DNA from: Eledone cirrhosa
Lineage: Eukaryota
Direction: 5' to 3'
Assembly: GCA_964016885.1 (NCBI GenBank)
Contig: OZ024740.1
Location: 143,282,001-143,346,000 of the forward strand
DNA: 64,000 nucleotides
This document shows positions 10,848 to 22,899 of this stretch, piece by piece. Both the position numbers and the translations under genes were made by a program. The notes below the pieces were generated by a model. That model was not told where the DNA came from. It worked only from the letters and a program-made list of their open reading frames with translations, and searched no databases. Within the stretch, counting starts at the first letter, position 1. Every line of letters begins with the position of its first letter.

Positions 10848-11662
10848 TCCTATGTCAGTGTTGAACAAACGAGCAACGATGGTTGCTGGACACTACGGCT
10901 TAATACGGGATGTTTGTTTACAAACACACCGAGCATTATAATAAATGTTCGGTGAATCCATATGTACATATTTATATGTGTGTATGTATATATATATACA
11001 TACTACTGTACGTCTGTATACATATATGTATGTACGTGTACATACTTATATTTAAGTAACAGCCGTACTAAGAGTGGGAAATGAAATTTCGTTTCATTTT
11101 TTGCGTTTATCGTTTTCGCTTCACCCGGCCGATTAACCCACTCGATATACAAATTGAGCTACTCAGCCGTTAATATGCATAAGGTAAGTATATACGTTCA
11201 AGAATCTGGCAGGAAGGTATACGTTGCTGACGATAGTTAATAAGGGCATACGTCAAGGCGGGCGGTCTCAAAAGTGAAACTAATTTTACGATTGTGAATT
11301 TGTTTGTTTTTTTACAACAGGTCAGTGAAAGTATAATGCCGACACACGCAATTCTATGGATTTCTTAATATATATATATGTGTGGGTGTGTGTATGTATA
11401 TATATATATATATATGTGTTTTTGTATATATATATATGTGTTTGTGTCATCAACATCGTTTAACGTCTATCTTCCACGCAAGCATGGGTTTAGACGTATA
11501 TATATGTTTGTGTGTATATGTGTGTTTGTGTGTATATATATGTGTGTTTGTATGTATATATATATGTATGTGGCCACATATATACACACAAACACAAGAC
11601 CACCCGTCTTGACGTATGCCAATTTATTATATGCTTTGTATATATTATGTGTTTATATTTTC

Positions 11663-12445
11663 GGCGATATCCAATTTTAGCTGTCTAAATGCCGCTTACT
11701 TGCTGCAGTTGCTGCTTACTTCCATGTATTCAGCTATTCCAACAAATTTACATTCCCCTTTTTTTTAGCCGTTAAAAGAAATATAGATTTTTTTTTTTTT
11801 TTTTTTGCGATTTATTTGTCACTGGGGCATAGATTTCTTTATTTGCCCCTTTTTTGTTTGTTTGTTTTTTTGCGATTTATTAGCCTTTTGTGGTCACACA
11901 CACCCCCGTAGAAAGTGTGCGACCTTTCTGCCAGGGAGTACAGAGAGAGGGGGGTACTCTCTTCTCTTACCTGTACAAGCCGATATAGAGAGATGGCCCA
12001 CTTACACGGGCCATTATTGCTACTTTCACTCGAAAAAGGCACTCAGTCCCAGCTAATTCCATGAAAGATGGGTGAAAGTAGCAATAATGGCCCGTGTAAG
12101 TGGGCCATCTCTCTATATCGGCTTGTACAGGTAAGAGAAGAAGAGAGTACCCCCCCTCTCTCTGTACTCCCTGGCAGAAAGGTCGCACACTTTCTACGGG
12201 GGTGTGTGTGACCCCAAAAGGCTAATAAATCGCAAAAAAACAAACAAACAAAAAAGGGGCAAATAAAGAAATCTATGCCCCAGTGGCAAATAAATCGCAA
12301 AAAAAAACCCAATAAATAAATCTATATTTCTTTTAACGGCTAAAAAAAAGGGGAATGTAAATTTGTTGCAATAGCCTCATACATTGAAGTAAGCAGCAAC
12401 TGCAGCAAGTAAGCGGCATTTAGACAGCTAAAATTGGATATCGCC
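11663..12445. mobile_element. Foldback MITE, ~370-bp TIRs, 8-bp TSD (Merlin-like termini)
   Basis: Starts GGCGATATCCAATTTTAGC and ends GCTAAAATTGGATATCGCC. Spacer about 42 bp (12030-12071). ATATTTTC at 11655-11662 and 12446-12453. Confidence 0.9.
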
Positions 12446-12799
12446 ATATTTTCATTTTATACAATTGTGAAGAAATATTATACAAAAAGTGAAAATAGGA
12501 CAGTTAGGCGGAAGTAGTATGAAAGTGTGGGGGAGAGATAGACAAATGATTGCGACGCAAACGAGTAAGTAATCCAATTCTCTATAAAACTAAATATTCA
12601 TACATAAAACTAAATATATATGTTTCTTTATTTATTTATTTATAAACTAAATATATACATACGTAAACATGTCTTATGTCCGTATTTCTTGCAGTAATGT
12701 TGACTTTCGTGCCTCTTGTAACAAGTGAACGGTTTACTTGTGTTGAATCGTATTTTCTTTCGTTTTCATTTTATATTTTTATATCCTGGATATATTTTT

Positions 12800-13260
12800 T
12801 ATCCTGGATGCTGCGATTAGGACGAGAGCCATAGCTTCCGCAGCAGAGCGGAGTAAGACCCTCAAATACTCTGATCTGTCGGTCAGCTACATTTTTCAGC
12901 CTGTGGCTTTCGAGACGTTTGGGGGGAGTCGGACCCCTGACTGCGAGGTTCCTCTCTTCACTGGCGGCTCGCCTAATAGAGGTAACTGGCGAATCTCGCG
13001 AGGGCGCTTGACTGTTCCAGCGCATTAGCCTCGCCATCATCCAAGGCAACACTGCGAGTGTGCTGACTTGCCTCAAAAAGTCATTAGAGAGGTTGCCCAG
13101 TACTCCTCGCGACGCTGCTGTCTTTTGCTCTGGTGTTGGCTCGGTTGTTCACCCCTTTCTTTACATTTTCTTTAATATTGCAACATTAAAGGAATATATC
13201 CTTCTGAAAGAATCGCGAGCAATTTATAATGTTATTATACTGTAAATTTAATTATATGCT
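12800..13260 (+). mobile_element. CRE-like non-LTR retrotransposon 3' end
   Basis: ..FQPVAFETFGGVGPLT..FQRISLAIIQGNTASVLTCLKK then a 3' UTR matching 51900-52290 (reverse complement). Confidence 0.85.
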
Positions 13261-13865
13261 CTGTTTATATCATATGTGTTCGTATGTTCACTCCATATGT
13301 CTAAACCGTGTATAATAACACAATAATATAAACTCATTGAACAAAAATAAAGGAAAGAAAAGGAAGGAAAAAAAGGGGGGGTTTCACCACCAAGTGTGAT
13401 ATTCGGCCAGACCTCACACTATATCAATCATGTAATTTTATTTTGTATATAAATATCATTACAAATAATTAAAAAAGAGAAAGAAAGGGGAAAGTAAAAA
13501 AGAAAGAAAAAACACACATACATCTAGGACCACATACAACCAAAGGCAGGCGAACGAGGTGGACACGAAGAAGATTCAACACAATAAAATAAGGGCAACT
13601 AGTTATATTTATGGATTATACCTCTATTTCAAAGAATTAGAAGCCACGGGTAGAATTAATTTTTGAAGCAAGCCAACACTCTATTCGTGCTGCCTTCTAG
13701 CTTATTCTAAAGTCTATAGAAAACGTTTGCTGGTGTTGGTTTAAACAGAGCTCCTCGCTCCAAAAACTGTTTAAACCAAAACAAAAATCGAATAGATATT
13801 TCTGACGCTGTTTTATATGAATGCCCTCATTTATTATAATTCTTTAATGTAATTACAATTCAAGA

Positions 13866-13913
13866 ACATGTTTGATGACCCTGTGATAAACAAGCGAAAC
13901 TCAGAGTAACAAG
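13866..13913 (+). ncRNA. Decayed hammerhead motif in probable Penelope-derived DNA
   Basis: CATGT-TTGATGA-CCCTGTGATAAACAAGC-GAAAC-TCAGA-GTA-ACAAG; C3>T and imperfect stems. Confidence 0.4.
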
Positions 13914-14148
13914 ACTCCCTATTTAGCCCTAATAAAATTAACATTAAAACTCTACTTCGGTATTGAGTACTCCTTTCTCTTAGTCGTCAACCACATAGGG
14001 ATATATATATCCCTATGTCACACGAAGTCGTCTTCCTCACTGATTAACTTTTAAGTTAACACTCTAATCGGTTGGGTTCGAATTTTAATAATTCCACAAC
14101 TATATATCTATGTATAAATAAATAAATAATTATTTATTTATTTATTTA

Positions 14149-14824
14149 TCTATGTATATATATAAAGTTGTAGTTCCTGTTTGTTTGTTTGTTCACGAAC
14201 TCCTCATATGGTTTTCGAGATAGACCCCCTTAACCATATATATTCTGAAACTACATTGCCCAGGGTACTTGGATAAGTACATTTTAATCAACCCTCGTTG
14301 AAATTTTTTTCCTTTCGATTTATATGAGATTTAAACCATAGGTAAATGACAGGATAAGATGCCTATTCACAAAAGTTTTGAATTGATATTTTGAAAAAAA
14401 TTATTTACAAGAAAGAAAATAAGAATAAGATTTAATAATGTAATTTTGATTTGATATATTACAAAAAATAATTGTTTCTACTTTTGGCACAAAGCCAACA
14501 ATTATTCCAGTGCATTACTGGTACTTTATTTTATCAACCCCGTAAGGATGAAAGGCAAAGTTAACCTGGCCGGGATTTGAACTCAGAATGGCAAGGGCCG
14601 TAACTCTGCGTCAAAGCATGGCGTCCGACCCTCTACCGATACTGCCAATCCGATATTACAAAAAATAATGTTTTCCAATTTTTCATGCATTACATTTTAC
14701 ATTGAGTAATATTGAAATGCAGAGTTTTTCTCCATAAAATTATATCACTGATTTAAAATCAATCATCATTTTCTTACAAAAAAAAATTGTGTGAAACGCA
14801 GCAAGGCGCGGGTAATTCGGCTAG
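14149..14824 (+). mobile_element. Non-autonomous Helitron with nested SINE
   Basis: A|TCTATGTATATATATAAAG..(GTTT)n 5' end; 3' GC-rich CGCAGCAAGGCGCGGG then CTAG|T at 14821-14824. Confidence 0.75.
14473..14652 (-). mobile_element. tRNA-type SINE with 17-bp TSD
   Basis: Same family as 3775. ATATTACAAAAAATAAT at 14456-14472 and 14653-14669. Confidence 0.85.
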
Positions 14825-15254
14825 TAAATATATATACTTCGTTTTTGTATTTGTTTTTCTAGATTTCTTATCTGAAAACGTGTGTTGAAATAGATATTGT
14901 TATACTTTGGGAAGGTCATTCTGCCAATAAAAACACGCACCTCCTGATTTTCATTTCAATTCATTATATAAACTTTCAGTCAGTTCATTTAATAACTGGA
15001 TGGTTGTTTAGGTCTTGAATTTCAAAGCTTTTCCGGCACACATTCTGTGACTTCAGTGACTACCTTTGTTGTTATTTTGTGTCCCGCCTTTGTTCTGTCC
15101 TACAGAATTTTGTTTTTGTGAGCTGTGTACTTGGGCTGTGCATGTATTATATCTAGGTTTGTGTGTGTGTGTTTTTTTCTTTATACGTTTATTTACTTGT
15201 CACTAGTTGGTTGCTTGTTCTATCTGTGTGTGTCAGTCGAGATGTCATCCTCTG

Positions 15255-15945
15255 TTCAGTTAAGAAGGCCCCTCAGCTTTACCACTTTGCTTGGCAAGCT
15301 TATCAGGAGCCCTCCTACTTCTCCTTCGGTGACCATTTCATCCTATCTGCCACAGGGGTCTGACGGTGACACGCTCAGACCAGCTGGGTATTGATGACGT
15401 CACCAAGATGGGAGTTGACCTGGATTTGAATGTCTGGTATCTGGATGATGCTTGTTTGGGGTGTTCTCCAGATAAGATTCATGGAACCGCAAAGACGATT
15501 GAGGAACTGAGTTGCAGGGGCTTTCATGTCAACAGTTCCAAATGCGAGCTCTGGTCCCTCAACCACCCAGCTTCACATCAACAGACTGTTGACCTGTTTA
15601 CAGAGTCCTTCCCCTCTATCACGGTTCCTCCCTCATCAGCGTGGTGCTCTCTTGGAGCCCTAATTACTGACCAAACCTTCGAGTCCATCTTTCACTCTAA
15701 GTTGGCTAATCTTGAGCAAATTTTAAAAAATCTCGAAGCTTCACCAAAGTTTTTTTATACTTATGAATTACATCAATTCCTAAATTGTTGTATTTCATCA
15801 GAATTAGCCCCTCTTACAAAATTTCGTCAACTCTCCAATACTTTGATGACTTAATATTCAATGAGCTCAAGGGCTTGGTCAATGTCTCTCTCCAGAATCC
15901 CACAACCAGGCTCCCTTGCCTAAACAGTTTGGAGGTCTGAGAATT
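15255..15945 (+). mobile_element. CRE-like RT fragment (decayed)
   Basis: PQLYHFAWQAYQEPSY, LNVWYLDDACLG and NSSKCELW; homologous to 52600-53290. Confidence 0.85.
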
Positions 15946-16599
15946 GCTATCACTTGATCCTTTTCTTACTCATGTCTGCGATGAACATGACTTATATTCC
16001 TTTCTGCATATACTGTAATGAAACAAAAAACGTTTTTCAGCTATGGCTAGCCACAATGTTCATGCAACACACATGAAAGTTGTTTAGATGAAGCAATGCC
16101 TGTGTTTGAAGCTTTTTTAAGAAAGACCTTGCACTGGGCCAATCCCACTCTGAACAACTGTGATAGGTATCCAGAAACAAGAACAGGTCAACATCATTGG
16201 CTGCCATTGAGTCACAGGTTTTACATCAGTTTTCCTTCTAGAATGATGTCCTAACAAGGCCTAAGGGTCTCACACTTCCGGTGGGCTAAACACACACTCA
16301 GGCACCAAACCGAGTACTCAAAGTACCTGCATATATATTATATTATGTATATATAAGAGAGTGTTGTAGTTTGGTTGAAGCATTGTCTGTAGTGTTATTT
16401 GAAGGCTATGACAATGCAAAATGAATGATAAATTTTTAAAATGAAAGCAAAGAAGATTTTTGTGTTACCTGGTAGTTTATTTATCAGTCTTTATATTTCA
16501 GGATTAAAAAAACAAACTAGTTCAGAGCTGTACATTTTGTTTGTTATAGAATCGCCATCTTACTTTCTTTGTTTGGAAACGATGGTTTATTTATAACTG

Positions 16600-17570
16600 C
16601 CAGAAATGGTGGAAGATTGGCATTATATGTGGACTACTATATGTGTGTACATTTTTATGTCAAATATAGGTTTCCTCGTAGTGAAGGGCTGGAGAGAGCT
16701 AACTGTGTATCTAGTCCCACCATGGTTATTTTTTTGCTGAAGTGTAGTAACTTCAGAAAGCAGGTGTTGGAGGAGGTCTTACATTTCCAGCATTTTGGAC
16801 CCCGAAGACGACTTTTGATGAATGTTGGATATTCATTGGTCTCTAGGAAATGTGCGGTGTAGGGGACCTGGTCCTCTGCCTTGCTGCATTTTTTCCAGGA
16901 ATGTGTGAATTTATTCCTTATGTATCAGGTTTTAGCACCAATGAGCAAACAGGTCTCTGCAATTGGTTTTTCTGTAGAAGTTATGGATGTCACCTTCTGT
17001 TATCCTGAGTTGGTAGTCAAGTAGAGACAGGGATCCAGGGCAGTTATGGTTTTCTACGCTGAACTACATGTTATCATCCTTGTTTATGAACATGGTAGAT
17101 ATTCCATTGGCCTCTTCATCAGAGAATGTGAGTAAGAGTACGTCATCTATGTATCTAGTGAAGAAGGTACAGGAGCGACAGGTGTTGAACGTTTGATGTT
17201 CTAGCTGGTCATGTAGGTGATGGCTAATAGGCCTGAAAGATTGGATCCCATGGGTAGACTTGTTGTTTGTTTGTAGGTGTGGTGATGGAAGGTGAAGTAT
17301 GTGTTTTCTACAATGACTGATAGGAGGTGGTGAGGCCAAAGTTGTATAGGTCGGAAGAAATGATGCAATCAGTCACAAGGTTGACCACTGGGTGAGTGGG
17401 TACTGATGTGTAGGAGACAACATTGAGGCTAAAGGTGTATCTGTTAAGTTTAAGTTGACCTGTATTTGTTAGGAAGTTGTCTTTGCCTACAGATATCAGC
17501 CTAGACTCTGTTAATGTGGTCTTCAATTTGGGTTGATGTTGTCTATTATTTCCGAAATAATCCATTGTTG
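16600..17570 (-). mobile_element. Penelope-like element RT fragment (decayed)
   Basis: FFTRYIDDVLLL catalytic motif with a downstream SLLDY/YRKP-like segment typical of Penelope-like RTs. Confidence 0.6.
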
Positions 17571-18614
17571 CTGTGGTATTCAAATACCAGCTTGTTGTAG
17601 ATGTCACAAGTGACAATGCAAAATTCTTTCCCTTAAATCACAAATTAAGGTACAAAGCAACGTATATATACAAAAATTATGTGTCAGTGTATAAACAGAA
17701 ACTAAGTACATTTCATAATTTCTTTGTTTGTTTTTTTGTTTTTTTTATTTTCAACATATAGATACAATAGAAAATAACTTTCTTCCTGTTTCCACCATTC
17801 ATCTATGGTTCTTGTGATGTTTTGTGTTCTTCAGATTCACTTGTACAAGATATGTAATTCCTGTCATTTTCTCTGCTGAAAGATGGGGCAAACAATGCAT
17901 GCAAAGACAAGGTGAACTCTCTAACTGTTAGAATATTTTATATGAATAGACTACACAAAGTTGTGACAAAGTTCTTTGACATGTCTACTACTGCTGGTCC
18001 TGATTGTGGCAAAGCAGAAATAATATATTAAAAATTTCAAGATACCATGGGTCAACTGTGTTGGCTTGGGGGTAGACAATTGCTGCATAAACATGGGACA
18101 ACCTAATTTAGTCATGTCTAGAATTCACAATATAAACAGTGCTTTAATTTTTATTAAGATACCCTTGTCATCTCATACATGACATTGCTTCCTTTCAGTC
18201 AAATTTAAAGATGTATGTGGTTTTTGACTTTTGCATTGATCTATTTTACTTTTTGGATAAGAGTACAAAATGAAAGGAGGAGTTAGAAGAGTTTTGTTGC
18301 TTTTACGATAGAGAATATAGGGGAATTTTAAAGAATGTCAACAAGGTGGTTAAGCCTAGAAATGGCAATTAATTGGGTTCTACTTTTTGATGCACTGCAG
18401 TTTTTTTCATATCCTGTGATAAGCATCTCAACTTTATATGTTTGAAAGCACCCCTTCTAAACTCTCATGTTAAAAATATATTTACTATTCTATCAGGTTG
18501 TTCTGCCATCTTTCACCAATTTTAATAAAGACCTTTCCATTCACCTGCTAGACTGAATTACATTCTTTTTTGCTAGAAACTTTTAAGTAAATTTATAAAG
18601 TTGAAAGCTATCTA

Positions 18615-18920
18615 TCTATATATATAAAACTGAGGATGTGTGTGTGTATGTGCATACCCACATAACTTCCACAGTTTGCAACCGACTTTCTTCAAATTTG
18701 GAACAAACATGCATTATGTTCCCAGGAGTGTTTTGGACTCATAAAATTTCAAGTTTTTGTCTAATGTGGCCCCTAGATAAATATTAGTTGGTTGCATGAA
18801 AACTACACACATACATATACATCTAAAGAGAGAGAGAGAGAGTGAGATAGGCCGTTATACAGAGAGAGATAAAGATATTCAGATAGAGAGAGAGAATGGC
18901 GACGAACGCTGGTTTACACA
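18615..18920 (+). mobile_element. Probable non-autonomous Helitron 5' part
   Basis: A|TCTATATATATAAAAC..(GT)n..CAACCGACTTTCTTCAAATTTGG. The 18780-18900 segment resembles 41565-41670. 3' end not found. Confidence 0.5.
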
Positions 18921-19419
18921 CGCACACACATATAAAGAGAGAGAGATCTGTGCGTTCTTGATTGTTCTTCATTCTGTAGAGAAAGAGAGAGAGGGGTTCA
19001 GAAAGAAAGAAAGATTGTAGGGGGTTGGGGAGGGAAGAAAATGATAGCAGCGTTCAATAACTTTAACTTTTATTTATTTATTTATTCTTTAGAAACTAAA
19101 AAAAAAGAATCAATCTGTGGACACAGAAGTAAATATTTTTTTAAATGTTACAACCGAAGGAAACCAGGAAGATAATACTTTCGTTCGTGAAGATGTTCCC
19201 TGGCAATAAATGGGAAAAAAGCGAGGATAATTATGTCGTTGTGTGGGGTGATGAGAACAATGTCTTGCAAAGACAAAAACACGTTTATGGTTTAAATGGA
19301 GACGTTAGACTTATATTCTATTTAGAATAACTGGATGATTCTCGGCTCCGGAGTTTAAGAATAATGTAAATAAAGTTGTTAAACGGAAATGACAGAGGTT
19401 ATTAAAATAGTAAAAGTAA

Positions 19420-19610
19420 ATAATTGTTTTTACTTTTTGGCACAAAGCCAGAAATTATTCCAGTGTATACTGGTACTTTATTTTATCGACCCCGTAAGGA
19501 TGAAAGGCAAAGTTAACCTCAGCGGGATTTGAACTCAGACCATAAAGAGCCGTAACCCTTTGCTGCAAAGCATGGCGTCAGGCTCTTTACCGATACTGCC
19601 AATCCTCCGA
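19420..19610 (-). mobile_element. tRNA-type SINE
   Basis: Reverse complement of the 3775 family core. Confidence 0.85.
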
Positions 19611-20129
19611 TTTAGGCCAGTGCATAAATATGCGCTGACGCATACATACGCATCATACATATATATATACACACACAAATATACTTATATGAGCAGCCAG
19701 TTTGAACAGAAAAAGATGAGAGAATTCTGGTCAGATATGGCTGGTTTATGCTAGTGTGGAAGATAGACGTTAAACGATGATGATGATATATATATATAAT
19801 ATACTTACATATACACACATATATACATGCACACATACACATATACAGATACACACATACATATACCTACATGTATAGGCCTAAAAACACATATATATAT
19901 ATATACACATATTCATATACATACATACACATGACTGCTATTTAATACCCTCTGCTAGTTTTAAGTAGAATATCTTGTTTGAAAGAAGACTATGTAAAAA
20001 AATGAAGAAAATCATATGAGCTGTATGGATGTCTTTATTGGAATTATAACTCTCCTAAAACACAGAGTGAGTTTCTAGAGAATGCATCTCTTGTTTTCTG
20101 ACACTTCCATATATATAGGTGAGCTATGA

Positions 20130-21190
20130 GGCCCTCTTACCAGCACTTTCCCTTCCACCCACACACGTGGGCCACCCACCCTTGATGCCGCTTGGTGCCC
20201 CACACCCCATCCCCCATCCCTCCAAGCTGACACCTGCTGCATTTGCAGCACCACTAACAAACGAAAGAGGGGCCGGAACTGTTTGGGGTGCGGCTGCTTC
20301 CACCACCTCACCTGTGTTGGCTTGACTCGTCGAACTTCCAATGCCCTCGCAGCGTGGAGGTGCAGGAGCTGCCCTTCCCCACGACTTCCCAGCCACGGCC
20401 GTCTGGCACACCACCACATGGGACATGGAGCTTGCCTGACGCCCGAGCCTCGCTGGTCAACTTCCCTCGGATCAGGCGGTTCCGGAAGATCACACTCAGG
20501 ATCCCGAGAGCGGCACAGGTGCCGGTAGCTGATGCCCTCGCTTCCTCAATTGAGAGCGCCCTGGACTCCAATCGAGCCAGTGACTGGGAACGGCTGTTCT
20601 ATTTCACCCCACTTGCCTTCGGCCTCCCCAGCTCTGGCGCTGAATGGGGCGGCCGGTCAACAGCAGCCTTCGTCAAGGCAATATCAAACACCCTGGGCCA
20701 CCCACTGATCTCAGACCCATACCCCCACCCGACTCCCACTTGCTCCTTGTGGCTTCTGATGCAGACATCAGGTCCTTCCCAGCTAGCAGCTGTGGAAGTG
20801 AGGATGGTCTCCGACCAGGCCACCTCAAGGAGTTCACATCCCCCCTCTCCGCTGAGGCCGGGTGCCGCCTTCTGAGTGCAATTGTGGCGCTCACCAATAG
20901 GCTCATCCATGGTGCCCTGGACTCTTACGCCCGAGGCCTCTTTTTTGGGGCCAGCCTCACCGCTCTCAGGAAGAAAGAGGGTGGCATACGCCCCATTGCT
21001 GTGGGCAATGTCTTCCGGAGGCTGGCTGCCAAGGTGATCTGCAAGTCCGTAACACACAAACTGGGTGTCGGCATGTCCGGTGGCTGTGAGGGGGCCGCTC
21101 ATGCAACCAGGCAGTTCTTCAACAGCTGCCGCTTGGAACCGGCATCCAGGGACTCCAGGCACCTCATTGTCAAGCTTGACATGAGGAGAA
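20130..21190 (+). mobile_element. CRE-like non-LTR retrotransposon fragment (N-terminal region and RT start)
   Basis: GC-rich block. DGLRPGHLK..FFGASLTALRKKEGGIRPIAVGNVFRRLAAK..LGVGMSGGCEGAAHA..KLDM; frameshifts present. Confidence 0.85.
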
Positions 21191-22899
21191 TCTTTGCCGT
21201 TGAATGATGATTTTTTGAGTTGTACAGGTTTTACTTGTAAAGTATACTTTGTTTGAAGTTTTACATGATAAAAATATAGGTTGATGCTGAAGTAGTTGTG
21301 TTTTTTGTTGTTTTCTTAATGTTATATATACATATCACAATGTCCACAATAGCTTATACAGCAAACTATTTCTCACATAATCCATATCCATAATTCTAAA
21401 GTTTAAAAAGCTAGAATAAAAAGGTGCATTATATATGAATACATACAGTAATGTACAAAAGTAGCTAAAAAGTATAAAACACTTATTATTATGCTAATTG
21501 TTTTTCAGCATTTCTGCTAACCTTTTCAAGCATTTACTACCAATTTTTAGCATGCCTGAAAGGTTTTTTCCAGCATTTTCATTCAAGCTGGTTGACATCT
21601 TATGTATGTGTGTGTGTGTTCTGAATGATTTATTATTAAGGATAAATTCCAACACTGTTTTAGAAAGGTGTTATAATTAAATGCAGTCTTGTCAAAAATC
21701 ATGTCACAGGATTTCCTATAAATAGCTTCAACACTGTGATCATTTCGGTACAGTATACCCCAAAAGATTCCATGTTGTTTGTGCAAACCCCAGTATCAGG
21801 GTTTACGAAATAATGCAAATGGTTAACCGTTTCAAAGATCAGCCATGTTTACCTGTGAGTGTCCAAGCTATAATTATCTGGCCAACTTTGGTTATGTAGC
21901 AAAATTATCCAGATGAGAGTTTAGAGTCTTCACTGTTTTGTCAGGTTTGTTATATTGGCCTATCAGAACATAGTACCCTGTAAGCAATTTTTTGGCTATT
22001 TAAGAGAATGCACAGCTGCCTTGCCACCTTTCCCTTCACTTGTATCCATGAGGAAGCTATCTCTTGCTTAATTTCTCCTTCAACAGAATAACTTTTACTG
22101 GTTCGAAAACATGTGACAAAGGGAAAGGAAGAGAGCCACCCACCCATGGGTTCACTTCTCTGAAGCACAAGCCTCATCAGGGGGTTTTGTAGAAGACCAG
22201 CAGTTACCCATGCATGCAAGTCTACCCTCTATATGATACCAATGTTATCAAAGGCAGAGGCTGGTTACAGCTTGACACTAGTGTTGTCATTTTTTCCAGC
22301 TAAGTTAACTGGGGCAACATAAAATAAAATGCCTTGTTTGAGGACACTATGCTGTCTGGTTCAGGAATTGAACTAATCCACATTCTTCACAAGTTTTAGA
22401 AGCGTGTGATAACAAGTCAACTAAACACGGCAAATCTTACTGCCGAATTGTTGATTTGAGAAATGTAATGTGTTCAGTTCATTTTCATGTCGTCTCTACA
22501 TGTTTCTTGGTCCATTTACCTATCAGTATTTAAACTGTTATTAATCTGTTATATGTTTGTATCACTTAGAATATAATCTTTTCAATATTATCGATAAATC
22601 TGTCGGACCCTCAAAAATAATCTTCTCGTATTTAAACTCCTATTATTTGTTATACGCTCGTTTAACTTTTCAATAATAAATTTGAATCTGTCAGACCTTT
22701 ATAAAAATAATCTTCTCGTAAACTTTCCCATTTCTCCCCCCCCCCCCCCCCCTTCTTTGACAATGTCAAAGATAAAGATAAATTCACCTCCTGTTGTCGG
22801 GCGAGAATGCAAGAACTCCTCTTTATTTCAGGCACGGATGGCCAAAATAATCCCATCTCCCACACCCCTTCCTGTGCCTCCAACCTATCCCTTCCACCC

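Larger units (their letters stand above)
5046..11244. repeat. Tandem array of ~416-426-bp hammerhead-containing units (retrozyme-like satellite); about 3 units on the - strand, then about 10 on the + strand
   Basis: Near-identical units. Core spacing 6423>6843=420, 7673>8095=422, 9345>9767=422, 10811>11227=416. Orientation flips at 6270/6271. Confidence 0.95.

Noticed and set aside
11805-12312. Mirror-image ORFs on both strands
   Set aside because: A by-product of the MITE's inverted repeats; no transposase motifs.
22780-22860. Possible HDV-like ribozyme at the RTE 5' end
   Set aside because: I could not build the nested double pseudoknot by eye; it needs a descriptor search.
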